The position numbers and the translations under genes were made by a program. Shown here piece by piece: positions 8,111-19,993 of a stretch of 32,000 bases of DNA. Location: the NCBI RefSeq assembly GCF_000195975.1, contig NC_005070.1, positions 1,950,001 to 1,982,000 of the forward strand, written 5' to 3'. How positions within the stretch are numbered: position 1 is the stretch's first letter; each line of letters starts with the position of its first letter. Source of the stretch: Parasynechococcus marenigrum WH 8102 (lineage in GTDB: Bacteria > Cyanobacteriota > Cyanobacteriia > PCC-6307 > Cyanobiaceae). Under the pieces are notes generated by a model. It had not been told where the DNA came from. It ran no database searches and saw nothing but the letters and a program-made list of their open reading frames with translations.

Positions 8111-9229
8111 CGCCTCATCCGCAGTGGCCTTCGGCGCCGCGGCCGCCGCCGTGCGAGCTGCTGCTGCAAGCGGTTTCATCGAGTTGGCCTTCACTTCAGA
8201 TCCCTCGGTGAGCTTCTGACGCACCAGCTGCTCGATGGTGATGGCGGCTTCAGGGTTCTCTTCCATCCAGGTGATGGTGTTGTCCCGACCCTGGCCGATG
8301 TTGTCGCCCTCGTAGCTGTACCAGGCCCCCTTGCGGATCACCACACCGGTTTCTTCCGCCAGATCCAGCAGACAACCGAGGGTGCTGATGCCGCGGCCGA
8401 ACAGGATGTCGAACTCAGCGATGCGGAACGGCGGAGCCACCTTGTTCTTGGCGACCTTGACCTTCGCCCGGATCCCGAATTCCTCCGTTCCTTTCTTCAG
8501 CGTCTGGATCCGACGGATGTCCAGTCGAACGGAGGCATAGAACTTGAGCGCATTACCACCTGTGGTGGTTTCAGGGTTGCCGTAGGTGACGCCGATCTTG
8601 AGGCGCAACTGGTTGAGGAAGATCACGGTGCAACCGGACTTGCCGATGTTGCCGGTGATCTTCCGCATCGCCTGACTCATCAGACGAGCCTGACTTCCAA
8701 CCGCCAGATCTCCCATCTCACCTTCGATCTCAGCCCGCGGCGTCAGGGCGGCCACCGAGTCGATCACAACGATGTCAACTGCCGCTGAGCGCACCAATTG
8801 ATCGACGATCTCCAGCGCCATCTCGCCGGTATCCGGCTGGGACACGAGCAGATTTTCCACATCCACGCCGAGGGAGGCGGCGTAAACCGGATCGAGGGCA
8901 TGCTCAGCGTCGACGAAGGCGGCCACACCGCCGCGCTTCTGCACTTCTGCGATGGCATGCAGGGTGAGGGTCGTCTTACCGGAGCTCTCCGGTCCGTAGA
9001 TCTCAACCACACGCCCCTTGGGATAGCCACCGCCGAGGGCCAGATCAAGGGTGAGGGCACCGGTGGAGATGGTTTCCACCCGCATCCGGGAGGCATCACC
9101 AAGGCGCATGATCGACCCCTTGCCGAAGTTGCGCTCGATCTGGCCAAGCACCAGATTCAGCGCCTTGTCACGCTCGCCGGAGGAACGGGGATCGGAACCG
9201 GAGGCGGCGGATTTCATCTCTGCAGGCAT
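8102..9229 (-). CDS. recA: Recombinase RecA
   Basis: Unmistakable RecA sequence: Walker [21 protein letters not shown] and IVIDSVAAL. It carries an Ala-rich C-terminal tail. Confidence 0.99.
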   Translation of the reverse strand: MPAEMKSAASGSDPRSSGERDKALNLVLGQIERNFGKGSIMRLGDASRMRVETISTGALTLDLALGGGYPKGRVVEIYGPESSGKTTLTLHAIAEVQKRGGVAAFVDAEHALDPVYAASLGVDVENLLVSQPDTGEMALEIVDQLVRSAAVDIVVIDSVAALTPRAEIEGEMGDLAVGSQARLMSQAMRKITGNIGKSGCTVIFLNQLRLKIGVTYGNPETTTGGNALKFYASVRLDIRRIQTLKKGTEEFGIRAKVKVAKNKVAPPFRIAEFDILFGRGISTLGCLLDLAEETGVVIRKGAWYSYEGDNIGQGRDNTITWMEENPEAAITIEQLVRQKLTEGSEVKANSMKPLAAAARTAAAAAPKATADEAAA

Positions 9230-9292
9230 GGAAGCAACCTGAAACTAAGGAACGAGAGATCCAATGCCACAGAAGCGCCGAATCGTCTCAGG

Positions 9293-9310
9293 TAGTACAG
9301 GCGTACGCTA
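9293..9310 (-). promoter_or_regulatory. LexA-box-like GTAC-N4-GTAC motif upstream of recA
   Basis: TAGTACAGGCGTACGCTA lies 64-81 nt upstream of the recA ATG. On either strand it matches 13 of 14 positions of the cyanobacterial LexA-box consensus as I recall it (RGTAC-NNN-DGTWCB). Confidence 0.45.
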
Positions 9311-9315
9311 ACGGA

Positions 9316-10065
9316 TCAGGGCCATTGCGCCAGGGGGGTCGCCAGTCGATCCTGGTCAATCAGCTGGATTCCTCGCGGGAGATCCTCGCGATCAGAAGGC
9401 TTGAGATATCCCCAGCTCGCCAGCCAGCACGGCAGCGACTGGAGACCATCGGTGTCTCGCACCGTCTCGAGGGTGGCACGGCGGTCCTCGACAAAACCTG
9501 CCAGCACCCGTTCACGCTGGAGTCTCAGCAGCACCTCTGGCTTGGGACCGGCCTCCCGTCCATCCAGCCGCCAGGGCCTGAGCCCAAGGCTCTCCAGCAA
9601 CTCAGCGGTGAACGCTGCCGTCTTGGTGGTGAGCACGGCCCAATCCACGCCCTCCTCCTGGAACGCCTGCAATCGATCCACGAGTCCGGGAAAGGGTTGA
9701 TGCAAGCCAAGCCAGGCCGCACGATCCGAGCTGACCGCCTGCTGCCGCGTCTGGTCCAGGGCCTCCTGCAGTAGAGATGCGGACCAGCCGCGCCGCTGCA
9801 GGGCCATGTCCTGCTCAGTCGCGTAATCCACGACCCAACGCTCGGGATCGAGCTGAGGCATTTCAGCGGCCAGCAACACCATCTCCCAGCCGTGATGGAC
9901 CCAGGGACGTAACCGCCGGAAACCCTGCGGCACCGCATCAGAACCAAGCCCCTGGGGCTCTGCATTGAGCCGCTGGGCTGCCATCCAGGCACTCCACCAG
10001 TACTCGGCCATGCCATCGACGATCACACCGTCAAAGTCGAAGACCAGGAGGGGTTGTGCCGTCAT
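9316..10065 (-). CDS. HAD-superfamily hydrolase
   Basis: HAD motif I (LLVFDFDGVIVDG) at the N-terminus, 249 aa. Substrate unknown. Confidence 0.8.
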   Translation of the reverse strand: MTAQPLLVFDFDGVIVDGMAEYWWSAWMAAQRLNAEPQGLGSDAVPQGFRRLRPWVHHGWEMVLLAAEMPQLDPERWVVDYATEQDMALQRRGWSASLLQEALDQTRQQAVSSDRAAWLGLHQPFPGLVDRLQAFQEEGVDWAVLTTKTAAFTAELLESLGLRPWRLDGREAGPKPEVLLRLQRERVLAGFVEDRRATLETVRDTDGLQSLPCWLASWGYLKPSDREDLPRGIQLIDQDRLATPLAQWP

Positions 10066-10075
10066 GACGGAGAAA

Positions 10076-10147
10076 CTGGGCCGCTAGGATTCGAACCTAG
10101 GAATGGCGAGACCAAAACCCGCTGCCTTACCGCTTGGCGACGGCCCA
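10076..10147 (-). tRNA. tRNA-Gln (anticodon UUG)
   Basis: Hand-folded cloverleaf from the minus strand. Acceptor stem TGGGCCG/CGGCCCA with discriminator G. D arm GCC-AAGCGGTAA-GGC. Anticodon arm GCGGG-TTTTGGT-CTCGC (anticodon TTG). Variable loop CATTC. T arm CTAGG-TTCGAAT-CCTAG. The architecture closely parallels E. coli tRNA-Gln. CCA is not encoded. Confidence 0.95.
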
Positions 10148-10237
10148 ATGATCCGGTCGGCTCCGTAATCGGACGCGTTCCGGTTAGAGAATAGTTACCC
10201 ACATCAGGCTCACCTTCGTCAATCCACCGTTGCCTGG

Positions 10238-11869
<1,632 letters not shown>

Positions 11870-11892
11870 CACGGCATCCCCCGGACCCGCTT

Positions 11893-12939
11893 CTAGCAGG
11901 GGCGTTCCATCCCTGGCCGTCGCCGCCATGGCTCCACCAAAGACCGGGCCAGGTTCAGCCCAGCCCGCCAGCCCTCGGGCCAGTAACGCAGAGACGTGCC
12001 CTGGGCCTGCGCCTCGTGAATCAAGGGCATCAGCAGACGACGAGCCATCCCCCCGAAGGCGACGCCTGCAGGGCGCTCCTCAGGACGTAACAGCTGCACG
12101 GTGCTGGCATTGGTGCCGCCGGCCAGCTGCAGCGGTCCGGGCGGCGCCAGCGGCTGCATCCAGCGCCACAGCTGCACCGCGACCCGGGCCGTTCCGGCTC
12201 CCACATCACCACTCATCGGGCGTCCATCCAGCTGCCAGAGCGGGCTGAATCCCCAACGGCGCAGGCTGCTGTGTCGTTGCCACAGCTCCTGGCCAAGGGC
12301 AGCGGGAGTCAGCGCATGGCCCTCCAACCCGCAACTGACGGCCAAACGCTGCAGCGGCACTCCGGCGACGGCCAGCTGCGCCAACAGGGTGTCAAAGGCC
12401 TCACCCCGTCCCGGAGCGGTGTGCACTTCCACCGCATCGGGGCGCATCGACGCCAGCAGCTCAGCGATCGCGTCGGAGCTGAGGCGGTGGTCACGCTCCT
12501 CGATCAGACCGAGCGGACAGCTGGGTAGACAGCGACCACAGCCATAGCAACGGCGCTCATCCACCGCTCCCACCGCTGCGATCGCCTCCGCTGGGCAGAC
12601 CCGCTGGCACGGTCGCGGACAGTCGGCCGGACAACGGGCGGGATCAAACCAGGCCTTGCGGAAATGGGCGTCACTGCCATCGCTGACGCTCACCATCAGC
12701 CATGGCCGTGCCGTGCCGATCTGGTCGAGCCACTGCAAGCCTTGAAGAGCTGCTCTCACCACGGCCGGATCGGCGGCAACATCGACGCAATCAATGCCGG
12801 CTGCTCCGTACACAGCACAGAGATCCGCTATCGCAGGCAGGTCCTGGTTGCTGGCACCGCAAATCAACTTGACCCAGTGGCCACGACGCAGAGCGTCGTG
12901 AGGACTCAGCTGGCCAGCAGGCCGCTCATCGGCTGCCAT
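11893..12939 (-). CDS. ldpA: Iron-sulfur clock-input protein LdpA (light-dependent period A)
   Basis: Has the [43 protein letters not shown]-terminal region and two Cys clusters ([14 protein letters not shown]; [12 protein letters not shown]), as in cyanobacterial LdpA. Confidence 0.8.
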   Translation of the reverse strand: MAADERPAGQLSPHDALRRGHWVKLICGASNQDLPAIADLCAVYGAAGIDCVDVAADPAVVRAALQGLQWLDQIGTARPWLMVSVSDGSDAHFRKAWFDPARCPADCPRPCQRVCPAEAIAAVGAVDERRCYGCGRCLPSCPLGLIEERDHRLSSDAIAELLASMRPDAVEVHTAPGRGEAFDTLLAQLAVAGVPLQRLAVSCGLEGHALTPAALGQELWQRHSSLRRWGFSPLWQLDGRPMSGDVGAGTARVAVQLWRWMQPLAPPGPLQLAGGTNASTVQLLRPEERPAGVAFGGMARRLLMPLIHEAQAQGTSLRYWPEGWRAGLNLARSLVEPWRRRPGMERPC

Positions 12940-13367
12940 CGCAGGCTCCTGGCTCCACCCATCTCCACGATGATGCGCAGGCGCGGTTCGCGACTGCAGA
13001 GATCGCAGAGAGAGCGCAGTTCTGATTGCGAGAGCACTTGCCCCTCAAGAAGCCAAAGCGCCACCTGGGCGTCACCATCGAGCAGATCACCCAGCTGCGG
13101 CACGACCTCCTGGACCTCACCGACAGCAGCACCACGACCGACGCTTTGATGTCCCAGATGTGGGGGACGGATGCCGTGCTTCTGCGTCAGGAACACCTCC
13201 GGATCGCCCAGGCCACGGGCTGACCAGAGTCGAGTGCGGTAGCCGGCACCGCGCAACCGTCGCAACAACCTGGTTTCGGCACCGCCTTCCAAAGGCGCAT
13301 GAACGGCCAGACAACCATGGGCTTCGAGATCACGGCGGAATGTCCGGCCGGTGAGAAGCAGAGGCAT
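12906..13367 (-). CDS. ndhN: NAD(P)H-quinone oxidoreductase (NDH-1) subunit N
   Basis: [29 protein letters not shown]...[13 protein letters not shown]...[27 protein letters not shown]...[14 protein letters not shown] matches the cyanobacterial NdhN family. The start is set at the second Met (13367). Confidence 0.9.
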   Translation of the reverse strand: MPLLLTGRTFRRDLEAHGCLAVHAPLEGGAETRLLRRLRGAGYRTRLWSARGLGDPEVFLTQKHGIRPPHLGHQSVGRGAAVGEVQEVVPQLGDLLDGDAQVALWLLEGQVLSQSELRSLCDLCSREPRLRIIVEMGGARSLRWQPMSGLLAS

Positions 13368-13743
13368 GGCTGCAGGATGGCTTGTCGAGAGTCTGGCAGC
13401 CAAAGGCAAGAGCAGGGAAGGGAGGTCTGACGCTGCTGTATGTTCTTAGTTTGTTCTGCGTTTCTGTGCCCGTCCGCTAGCCGGGCCTCCAGTCGGCAGA
13501 ACAGACCCCGCGATTGCGCAGGGTCCTCAGGCCAGTGCGGGTCCTCCGATCCGCCGGGAAACTTCCAGAGCACTTCGTGCACAGGTCAGTCCCAGCCTCG
13601 CTGAATCGACCGCTAGCCCCATTCGAGAGACGTTCCTTCCGGGATCCTTCGCTCGAACCACGTCTGCGTCCAACCGATCAGCACGCCATGCCCCATCCGG
13701 GTCACCGGGTGGTGCTAGTCCCGCTGGCGCTTCCTCCCCACTC
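13368..13743. promoter_or_regulatory. Divergent ndhN / rplC control region including a long GC-rich putative rplC leader
   Basis: 376 nt have no convincing CDS. The only AT-rich patch (about 13436-13470) is where divergent promoters could sit. The roughly 270 nt from there to the rplC ATG are GC-rich with many short hairpins, for example CCATCCGG-gtca-CCGGGTGG at 13692-13711. There is no Shine-Dalgarno sequence before rplC. Confidence 0.5.
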
Positions 13744-14400
13744 ATGTCAATCGGCATTCTCGGGAAGAAGCTGGGCATGTCCCAGTTCTTCGACGAGCAG
13801 GGCAGAGCCGTCCCCGTCACCTTGATCGAGGCCGGTCCCTGCCGCATCACCCAACTCAAAAGCAGCGACACCGATGGCTATGCCGCGGTGCAGATCGGCT
13901 TTGGCGACACCCGCGAAAAGCTGATCAACAAGCCTGCCAAGGGTCACCTCAACAAAACCGGTGAAACCCTCCTCCGCCACCTGCGTGAATACCGCGTTGA
14001 TGGCCTGGACGGTTTCGAACTGGGCGGATCGATCACCGTCGGTGATTTCGAAGCCGGCCAGAAGGTTGATGTCAGCGGTGACACGATCGGCCGTGGTTTC
14101 TCCGGTTATCAGAAACGCCACGGTTTCAGCCGTGGACCGATGACCCACGGTTCCAAGAACCACCGCGAGCCCGGTTCGATCGGACCCGGCACCACGCCTG
14201 GTCGCATCTACCCCGGCAAGCGCATGGCCGGTCGCTACGGCGGCAAGAAGATCACTACCCGCGGCCTGACCATCCTCAAGGTGGACAGCGAGCGCAACCT
14301 ACTGGTGGTGAAAGGGTCGGTCCCCGGCAAGCCGGGCGCCCTGCTGAACATCCGACCCGCCCTGCGGGTGGGTGCCAAGCCCGCCAAAGGAGGACAGTGA
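13744..14400 (+). CDS. rplC: 50S ribosomal protein L3
   Basis: [20 protein letters not shown]... is a canonical L3. Confidence 0.98.
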   Translation: MSIGILGKKLGMSQFFDEQGRAVPVTLIEAGPCRITQLKSSDTDGYAAVQIGFGDTREKLINKPAKGHLNKTGETLLRHLREYRVDGLDGFELGGSITVGDFEAGQKVDVSGDTIGRGFSGYQKRHGFSRGPMTHGSKNHREPGSIGPGTTPGRIYPGKRMAGRYGGKKITTRGLTILKVDSERNLLVVKGSVPGKPGALLNIRPALRVGAKPAKGGQ

Positions 14401-15035
14401 TGGCTGACTGCGTGATTCGCGACTGGCAGGGGAAGGAAGCCGGCAAGGCGACCCTCGATCTGAAAGTGGCCAAGGAGACCACGGCCAACGACCTGATGCA
14501 CCGTGCGGTTCTGCGCCAGCAGGCCCACGCCCGTCAGGGAACCGCTTCCACCCTCACCCGATCCGAGGTGCGCGGTGGTGGCCGTAAGCCTTACAAGCAG
14601 AAGGGAACCGGCCGAGCCCGTCAGGGTTCGATCCGCACACCTCTGCGCCCCGGCGGCGGCATCGTCTTCGGGCCGAAGCCCCGCACCTACAACCTTGCGA
14701 TGAACCGCAAGGAACGTCGTCTGGCCCTGCGCACCGCGCTCATGGCCCGCGTTGAAGACGTAACGGTGGTGAAGGACTTCGGCACGAGCCTCGAAGCCCC
14801 CAAGACCAAGGAGATCACGGACGCCCTCGGCCGGCTTGGCATCGCTGCCGACGCCAAGGTGCTGATTGTGCTCACCGAGCCTTCCGATGTGGTGCGCCGC
14901 TCCGTGCGCAACCTCGAAAAGGTGAAGCTGATCGCCGCCAATCAGCTCAACGTCTTCGATCTGCTCCACGCCAACGCCCTGGTGCTCGGCGAGGACGCCC
15001 TTGCAACCATCCAGGAGGTCTACGGCGATGACTGA
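14400..15035 (+). CDS. rplD: 50S ribosomal protein L4
   Basis: L4 sequence. The ATG at 14400 overlaps the rplC TGA (TGATG) and lies 6 nt after AAGGAGG. The GTG at 14397 is the alternative start. Confidence 0.97.
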   Translation: MADCVIRDWQGKEAGKATLDLKVAKETTANDLMHRAVLRQQAHARQGTASTLTRSEVRGGGRKPYKQKGTGRARQGSIRTPLRPGGGIVFGPKPRTYNLAMNRKERRLALRTALMARVEDVTVVKDFGTSLEAPKTKEITDALGRLGIAADAKVLIVLTEPSDVVRRSVRNLEKVKLIAANQLNVFDLLHANALVLGEDALATIQEVYGDD

Positions 15036-15330
15036 GCGTTTCCAGGGCCGCCTGGCTGACGTGATCCGTCGGCCGCTGATCACCGAGAAGGCCACCCGGG
15101 CCCTCGAGTTCAACCAGTACACCTTCGAGGTGGACCACCGCGCCGCAAAACCCGACATCAAGGCCGCTATCGAGCAGCTCTTCGATGTGAAGGTGACCGG
15201 CATCAGCACCATGAATCCCCCCCGTCGCACGCGTCGGATGGGTCGCTTCGCCGGCAAACGAGCCCAGGTGAAGAAAGCCGTGGTGCGCCTGGCGGAGGGC
15301 AACTCGATCCAACTCTTCCCTGAGTCCTGA
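15028..15330 (+). CDS. rplW: 50S ribosomal protein L23
   Basis: [22 protein letters not shown]... The ATG at 15028 is preceded by GGAGG and overlaps the rplD end by 8 nt. Confidence 0.97.
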   Translation: MTERFQGRLADVIRRPLITEKATRALEFNQYTFEVDHRAAKPDIKAAIEQLFDVKVTGISTMNPPRRTRRMGRFAGKRAQVKKAVVRLAEGNSIQLFPES

Positions 15331-15345
15331 GGGGTCTGAATCGTC

Positions 15346-16209
15346 ATGGCAATCCGTAACTTCCGCCCCTACACCCCCGGTACCAGAACCCGGGTGGTCA
15401 CCGACTTCAGTGAGGTCACCGGCCGCAAGCCGGAACGGTCCCTGGTGGTGTCCAAACACCGCCGCAAGGGCCGCAACAACCGTGGTGTGATCACCTGCCG
15501 CCATCGCGGTGGCGGTCACAAACGGCTGTACCGCGTGGTGGACTTCCGCCGTAACAAGCACGGCATCACCGCCAAGGTGGCTGCCATCCACTACGACCCC
15601 CATCGCAACGCCCGTCTGGCGCTGCTCTTCTACGCCGACGGCGAGAAGCGCTACATCCTTGCCCCGGCAGGGGTTCAGGTGGGGCAGACCGTGGTCTCCG
15701 GACCCGACGCCCCGATCGAGAACGGCAACGCCATGCCGCTGTCGGCCGTGCCCCTGGGTTCCAGCGTTCACTGCGTTGAGCTCTATGCCGGCCGCGGTGG
15801 CCAGATGGTCCGCACCGCTGGTGCCAGCGCTCAGGTTATGGCCAAAGAAGGCGACTACGTCGCCCTCAAGCTGCCTTCCACCGAGGTGCGCCTGGTCCGC
15901 CGTGAGTGCTACGCCACCCTCGGTGAAGTGGGCAACTCAGAAGTCCGCAACACCAGCCTTGGCAAGGCCGGTCGTCGCCGCTGGCTGGGGCGTCGTCCCC
16001 AGGTTCGAGGCAGTGTGATGAACCCCTGCGACCACCCCCACGGTGGTGGTGAGGGTCGGGCACCGATTGGCCGCTCAGGCCCGGTGACCCCTTGGGGCAA
16101 ACCCGCCCTCGGTCTCAAGACCCGCAAGCGGAACAAGCCCAGCAACCGATACGTGCTCCGGAAGCGTCGCAAGACCTCCAAGCGGAGCCGTGGCGGACGC
16201 GATTCCTGA
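15346..16209 (+). CDS. rplB: 50S ribosomal protein L2
   Basis: [14 protein letters not shown]...GGGHKR...[12 protein letters not shown] is a canonical L2. Confidence 0.99.
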   Translation: MAIRNFRPYTPGTRTRVVTDFSEVTGRKPERSLVVSKHRRKGRNNRGVITCRHRGGGHKRLYRVVDFRRNKHGITAKVAAIHYDPHRNARLALLFYADGEKRYILAPAGVQVGQTVVSGPDAPIENGNAMPLSAVPLGSSVHCVELYAGRGGQMVRTAGASAQVMAKEGDYVALKLPSTEVRLVRRECYATLGEVGNSEVRNTSLGKAGRRRWLGRRPQVRGSVMNPCDHPHGGGEGRAPIGRSGPVTPWGKPALGLKTRKRNKPSNRYVLRKRRKTSKRSRGGRDS

Positions 16210-16244
16210 TGCCAACCATCGTTTTGCCGCTTGCTTAAACCGCT

Positions 16245-16520
16245 ATGGGACGTTCACTCAAAAAAGGTCCGTTTATTGCCGACAGCCTGCTTCGCAAGGT
16301 TGAAAAGCAGAACGACACCGATGACAAGTCCGTGATCAAGACCTGGTCTCGGGCCTCCACGATCCTGCCGATGATGATCGGCCACACGATTGCCGTTCAC
16401 AACGGCAAGTCCCACGTGCCGGTGTTCATCACCGAGCAGATGGTGGGTCACAAGCTGGGGGAGTTCGCTCCCACCCGCACCTTCAAGGGCCACATCAAAG
16501 ACAAGAAAGGAGGCCGCTGA
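16245..16520 (+). CDS. rpsS: 30S ribosomal protein S19
   Basis: [16 protein letters not shown]...[19 protein letters not shown] is a canonical S19. Confidence 0.99.
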   Translation: MGRSLKKGPFIADSLLRKVEKQNDTDDKSVIKTWSRASTILPMMIGHTIAVHNGKSHVPVFITEQMVGHKLGEFAPTRTFKGHIKDKKGGR

Positions 16521-16524
16521 CGCC

Positions 16525-16890
16525 ATGACCACGTCATCCACCACGGCCCCGATCGCACAGGCCCACGGACGCTTCATCCGGGGCTCCGTGTCGAAGGTGC
16601 GCCGTGTTCTCGATCAGATCCGAGGTCGCACCTACCGCGACGCCCTGATCATGCTCGAGTTCATGCCGTATCGCTCCACCGGACCGATCACCAAGGTGCT
16701 CCGGTCCGCTGTGGCCAATGCCGAGCACAACCTGGGTCTTGATCCCGCCTCCCTGGTGATCTCCAGTGCCAGTGCCGACATGGGACCGTCCATGAAGCGC
16801 TACCGCCCCCGGGCTCAGGGTCGCGCTTTCCAGATCAAGAAGCAGACCTGCCACATCAGCATTGCTGTGGCGGCTCAGCCCGATTCCTGA
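16525..16890 (+). CDS. rplV: 50S ribosomal protein L22
   Basis: Internal ATG at 16525. [31 protein letters not shown] is L22. Confidence 0.97.
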   Translation: MTTSSTTAPIAQAHGRFIRGSVSKVRRVLDQIRGRTYRDALIMLEFMPYRSTGPITKVLRSAVANAEHNLGLDPASLVISSASADMGPSMKRYRPRAQGRAFQIKKQTCHISIAVAAQPDS

Positions 16891-16910
16891 CCCCCGAGGA
16901 CTCCGACCCA

Positions 16911-17639
16911 ATGGGACACAAGATCAACCCAACCGGTCTGCGCCTGGGGATCACCCAGGAACACCGGTCACGCTGGTACGCCTCCAGCAAGAGTTATCCG
17001 GCCCTCCTTCAGGAGGACGATCGGATTCGCAAGTTCATTCACAAGAAATACGGTTCTGCCGGCATCAGCGATGTGCTGATCGCCCGCAAGGCCGATCAAC
17101 TCGAAGTGGAGCTCAAAACCGCACGCCCCGGCGTGCTGGTGGGCCGCCAGGGCAGCGGAATCGAGGAACTCCGTTCCGGAATCCAGAAGACGGTCGGCGA
17201 TCGGAGCCGCCAGGTTCGGATCAATGTCGTCGAAGTGGAGCGCGTTGACGGTGACGCCTTCCTGCTGGCTGAGTACATCGCCCAGCAACTGGAAAAACGT
17301 GTGGCGTTCCGCCGCACCATCCGCATGGCCGTCCAGCGCGCCCAACGCGCTGGTGTTCTCGGCCTGAAGATCCAGGTGTCCGGCCGCCTCAACGGCGCCG
17401 AGATCGCCCGGACCGAGTGGACCCGAGAAGGTCGCGTTCCCCTGCACACCCTGCGGGCGGACATCGATTACGCCACCAAGGTGGCCAGCACGACCTACGG
17501 CGTGCTGGGCATCAAGGTGTGGGTCTTCAAGGGTGAAGTGCTGGGCGACGAAGCCCCGCTGATACCGGTGGGGGCTTCCCCTCGCCGCCGGGCCAGCCGT
17601 CGGCCCCAACAGTTCGAAGACCGCTCCAACGAGGGTTGA
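16911..17639 (+). CDS. rpsC: 30S ribosomal protein S3
   Basis: [15 protein letters not shown]... is a canonical S3. Confidence 0.99.
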   Translation: MGHKINPTGLRLGITQEHRSRWYASSKSYPALLQEDDRIRKFIHKKYGSAGISDVLIARKADQLEVELKTARPGVLVGRQGSGIEELRSGIQKTVGDRSRQVRINVVEVERVDGDAFLLAEYIAQQLEKRVAFRRTIRMAVQRAQRAGVLGLKIQVSGRLNGAEIARTEWTREGRVPLHTLRADIDYATKVASTTYGVLGIKVWVFKGEVLGDEAPLIPVGASPRRRASRRPQQFEDRSNEG

Positions 17640-17655
17640 ACAGGAGGCCTGAACC

Positions 17656-18132
17656 ATGCTGAGTCCAAAACGCGTCAAATTCCGGAAAATGCAGCGAGGC
17701 CGCATGCGCGGCGTCGCCACCCGGGGCAACACCATCGCCTTCGGTGAATTCGCACTGCAGGCCCAGGAATGCGGCTGGATCACCTCGCGCCAGATCGAGG
17801 CCAGCCGTCGCGCCATGACCCGCTACGTCAAGCGTGGCGGCAAGATCTGGATCCGGATCTTCCCGGACAAATCGATCACCATGCGCGCCGCCGAAACCCG
17901 GATGGGTTCCGGTAAGGGCAACCCAGAATTCTGGGTGGCGGTGATCAAGCCAGGTCGCATCCTCTTTGAGATGGGCGGTGCCGAAATCACCCCCGAAATC
18001 GCCAAGGAGGCCATGCGTCTGGCGCAGTACAAGCTGCCCGTGAAGACCAAGTTCATCGCTCTTGATGAACAGCAGAAGCAATCGGCTGCGGAAGCACCGG
18101 CTGCTGCTGAAGCCGTCAACGTGGAGTCCTGA
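17656..18132 (+). CDS. rplP: 50S ribosomal protein L16
   Basis: [19 protein letters not shown]... is L16 with an Ala/Glu-rich C-terminal extension. Confidence 0.99.
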   Translation: MLSPKRVKFRKMQRGRMRGVATRGNTIAFGEFALQAQECGWITSRQIEASRRAMTRYVKRGGKIWIRIFPDKSITMRAAETRMGSGKGNPEFWVAVIKPGRILFEMGGAEITPEIAKEAMRLAQYKLPVKTKFIALDEQQKQSAAEAPAAAEAVNVES

Positions 18133-18134
18133 CC

Positions 18135-18344
18135 ATGGCCCGTCCCAACGCCGCTGAGGTCCGCCAGCTGTCCGATACGGACATCACTGAACAGATCAAT
18201 GGTCTTCGCCGCGAACTGTTTCAGCTCCGCTTCCAGCAGGCCACCCGCCAACTGGCCAATACGCACCGTTTCAAAGAGGTCCGCATCAAGCTGGCCCAGC
18301 TGATGACGGTGCAATCGGAGCGTCAGCGCTCCGCCGCGTCCTGA
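18135..18344 (+). CDS. rpmC: 50S ribosomal protein L29
   Basis: [14 protein letters not shown] motif; position between rplP and rpsQ. Confidence 0.96.
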   Translation: MARPNAAEVRQLSDTDITEQINGLRRELFQLRFQQATRQLANTHRFKEVRIKLAQLMTVQSERQRSAAS

Positions 18345-18361
18345 TCACCCTCTCTGTACCC

Positions 18362-18673
18362 ATGGCAGTCAAGGAAAGGGTCGGCACCGTCGTCAGCGAC
18401 AAGATGGAAAAAACGGTGGTTGTGGCGGTGGAAAGCCGCTTCCCCCATCCCATCTATCAAAAGACGGTCAGCCGCACCACCCGTTACAAAGCCCACGACG
18501 AAGACAACTCCTGTCGCGTCGGAGACCGTGTTCGCATCACGGAAACCCGTCCGATGAGCCGGCACAAGCGCTGGGCCATCGCCGAGGTCCTGAGCCACAG
18601 CCCAAAAGCTGACAAATCAGCCGGAAGCACTGCTCCAGCACCTGAGGCTGCGGCCAAGGAGGTGAGCGAATGA
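18362..18673 (+). CDS. rpsQ: 30S ribosomal protein S17
   Basis: [21 protein letters not shown]...YKAHDE...GD.V.I.ETRP.S is S17 with a C-terminal extension. It has an ATGA overlap with rplN. Confidence 0.98.
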   Translation: MAVKERVGTVVSDKMEKTVVVAVESRFPHPIYQKTVSRTTRYKAHDEDNSCRVGDRVRITETRPMSRHKRWAIAEVLSHSPKADKSAGSTAPAPEAAAKEVSE

Positions 18674-19035
18674 TCCAGCAGGAGAGCTATCTGAGCGTCG
18701 CCGACAACAGCGGCGCCAAGCGCATCCAGTGCATCCGTGTGCTGGGCACCAACCGTCGCTACGCCCATGTGGGCGATGTAATCGTCGCTGCCGTGAAGGA
18801 CGCCATGCCCAACATGGGTGTGAAGAAGTCCGATGTGGTGAAAGCCGTGGTGGTTCGCACCAAGGCAACCCTCCGTCGCGACACCGGTAACTCCATTCGG
18901 TTCGACGACAACGCAGCGGTGATCATCAACGCTGACAACAACCCCAAAGGCACCCGCGTCTTCGGACCGGTGGCCCGTGAATTGCGCGAGCGCAACTTCA
19001 CGAAAATCGTGTCCCTCGCTCCGGAGGTGATCTGA
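18670..19035 (+). CDS. rplN: 50S ribosomal protein L14
   Basis: [17 protein letters not shown]... is a canonical L14. Confidence 0.99.
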   Translation: MIQQESYLSVADNSGAKRIQCIRVLGTNRRYAHVGDVIVAAVKDAMPNMGVKKSDVVKAVVVRTKATLRRDTGNSIRFDDNAAVIINADNNPKGTRVFGPVARELRERNFTKIVSLAPEVI

Positions 19036-19036
19036 C

Positions 19037-19393
19037 ATGGCCACCGCAACCAGCAAGGCCAAGCCCAGCGATCGCATCAAGATGCGCATCCGCAAAGGCG
19101 ACACCGTTCAGGTGATCGCCGGCAAGGACAAGGGCAAAACCGGCGAGGTGCTGCGCACCCTGCCCAACGAGAACCGCTTAATCGTGGAGGGCGTCAACAT
19201 GCGCACCCGCCACGAGAAGCCCACCCAGGAAGGTGAGACCGGACGCATCGTCAACGAGGAAGCATCCCTGCATGCCTCCAACGTGATGCTCTATTCCACC
19301 GCCAAGAAGGTGGCGAGCCGCGTCGAGATCGTCGTCGAAAAGGACGGCAGCAAGAAGCGCAAGCTCAAGAAAACCGGTGAAGTCCTCGACTGA
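19037..19393 (+). CDS. rplX: 50S ribosomal protein L24
   Basis: [25 protein letters not shown] is the L24 KOW motif. Confidence 0.98.
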   Translation: MATATSKAKPSDRIKMRIRKGDTVQVIAGKDKGKTGEVLRTLPNENRLIVEGVNMRTRHEKPTQEGETGRIVNEEASLHASNVMLYSTAKKVASRVEIVVEKDGSKKRKLKKTGEVLD

Positions 19394-19434
19394 ACCCGAC
19401 TTCTGACCAAGCCCAGAAGCACCCCACACCCCCC

Positions 19435-19974
19435 ATGTCACTCAAGAAGCGCTACCGGGAGACCATTCAGCCCAAGCTGCAGAAGGATCTCTCCCTCACC
19501 AACATCCACGAAGTCCCCAAGGTGGTGAAAGTCACCGTCAACCGGGGCCTCGGCGAAGCCGCAGCCAACGCCAAGTCCCTCGAGGCCTCGGTGAACGAGC
19601 TGGCACAGATCACCGGTCAGAAAGTGGTCGTCACCCGTGCCAAGAAGGCCATTGCCGCCTTCAAAATTCGCCAGGGCATGCCGATCGGTTGTGCCGTCAC
19701 CCTGCGCGGTGACCGGATGTATGCGTTCCTGGAGCGCCTGATCAACCTGGCGCTGCCCCGCATCCGCGACTTCCGCGGGGTGAGCCCGAAGAGCTTTGAC
19801 GGGCGCGGCAACTACACCCTGGGGGTGCGGGAGCAGATCATTTTTCCTGAGATCTCCTTCGACAAGATCGATGCCATTCGTGGCATGGACATCACCATCG
19901 TGACCACCGCCCGTTCAGACGAAGAGGGCCGGGCCCTCCTCCGCGAGATGGGAATGCCGTTCCAGAGCAACTGA
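19435..19974 (+). CDS. rplE: 50S ribosomal protein L5
   Basis: [17 protein letters not shown]...RDFRG...GNYTLG..EQ..FPE is L5. Confidence 0.99.
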   Translation: MSLKKRYRETIQPKLQKDLSLTNIHEVPKVVKVTVNRGLGEAAANAKSLEASVNELAQITGQKVVVTRAKKAIAAFKIRQGMPIGCAVTLRGDRMYAFLERLINLALPRIRDFRGVSPKSFDGRGNYTLGVREQIIFPEISFDKIDAIRGMDITIVTTARSDEEGRALLREMGMPFQSN

Positions 19975-19993
19975 GCCCTCCCCGTCGACACCT

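Noticed and set aside
10059-10070. Perfect 12-bp palindromes centred on CATG at start codons: CCGTCATGACGG at the HAD start and CCGGCATGCCGG at 28019-28030 before rplM.
   Set aside because: About 8 perfect 12-bp palindromes are expected by chance in 32 kb of random sequence (more in GC-biased DNA), so the pair is not statistically remarkable by itself.
12464-12585. HIP1 octamers GCGATCGC at 12464-12471, 12578-12585 and 19068-19075.
   Set aside because: There are only three copies in 32 kb, all inside coding sequence. This falls well short of the HIP1 over-representation seen in some freshwater cyanobacteria and is not a repeat feature.
13440-13604. 54-codon ORF in the ndhN-rplC spacer ([54 protein letters not shown]). 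It has a hydrophobic N-terminus and 5 Cys, with GGAGG 14 nt upstream.
   Set aside because: The composition is Ser/Gly/Pro-rich and low in complexity, the SD spacing is too long, there is no true lipobox, and GC3 is no better than background. I cannot tell it apart from a chance ORF without conservation or ribosome-profiling data, so it stays a low-probability alternative explanation for part of the spacer.
13633-13642. Minus-strand decamer CCGGAAGGAA, identical to the core of the SRP (4.5S) RNA domain IV loop region.
   Set aside because: The flanks lack the conserved AGCAGC/GGUGCU partner sequences and do not form the expected long helix. A 10-nt match alone is compatible with chance.
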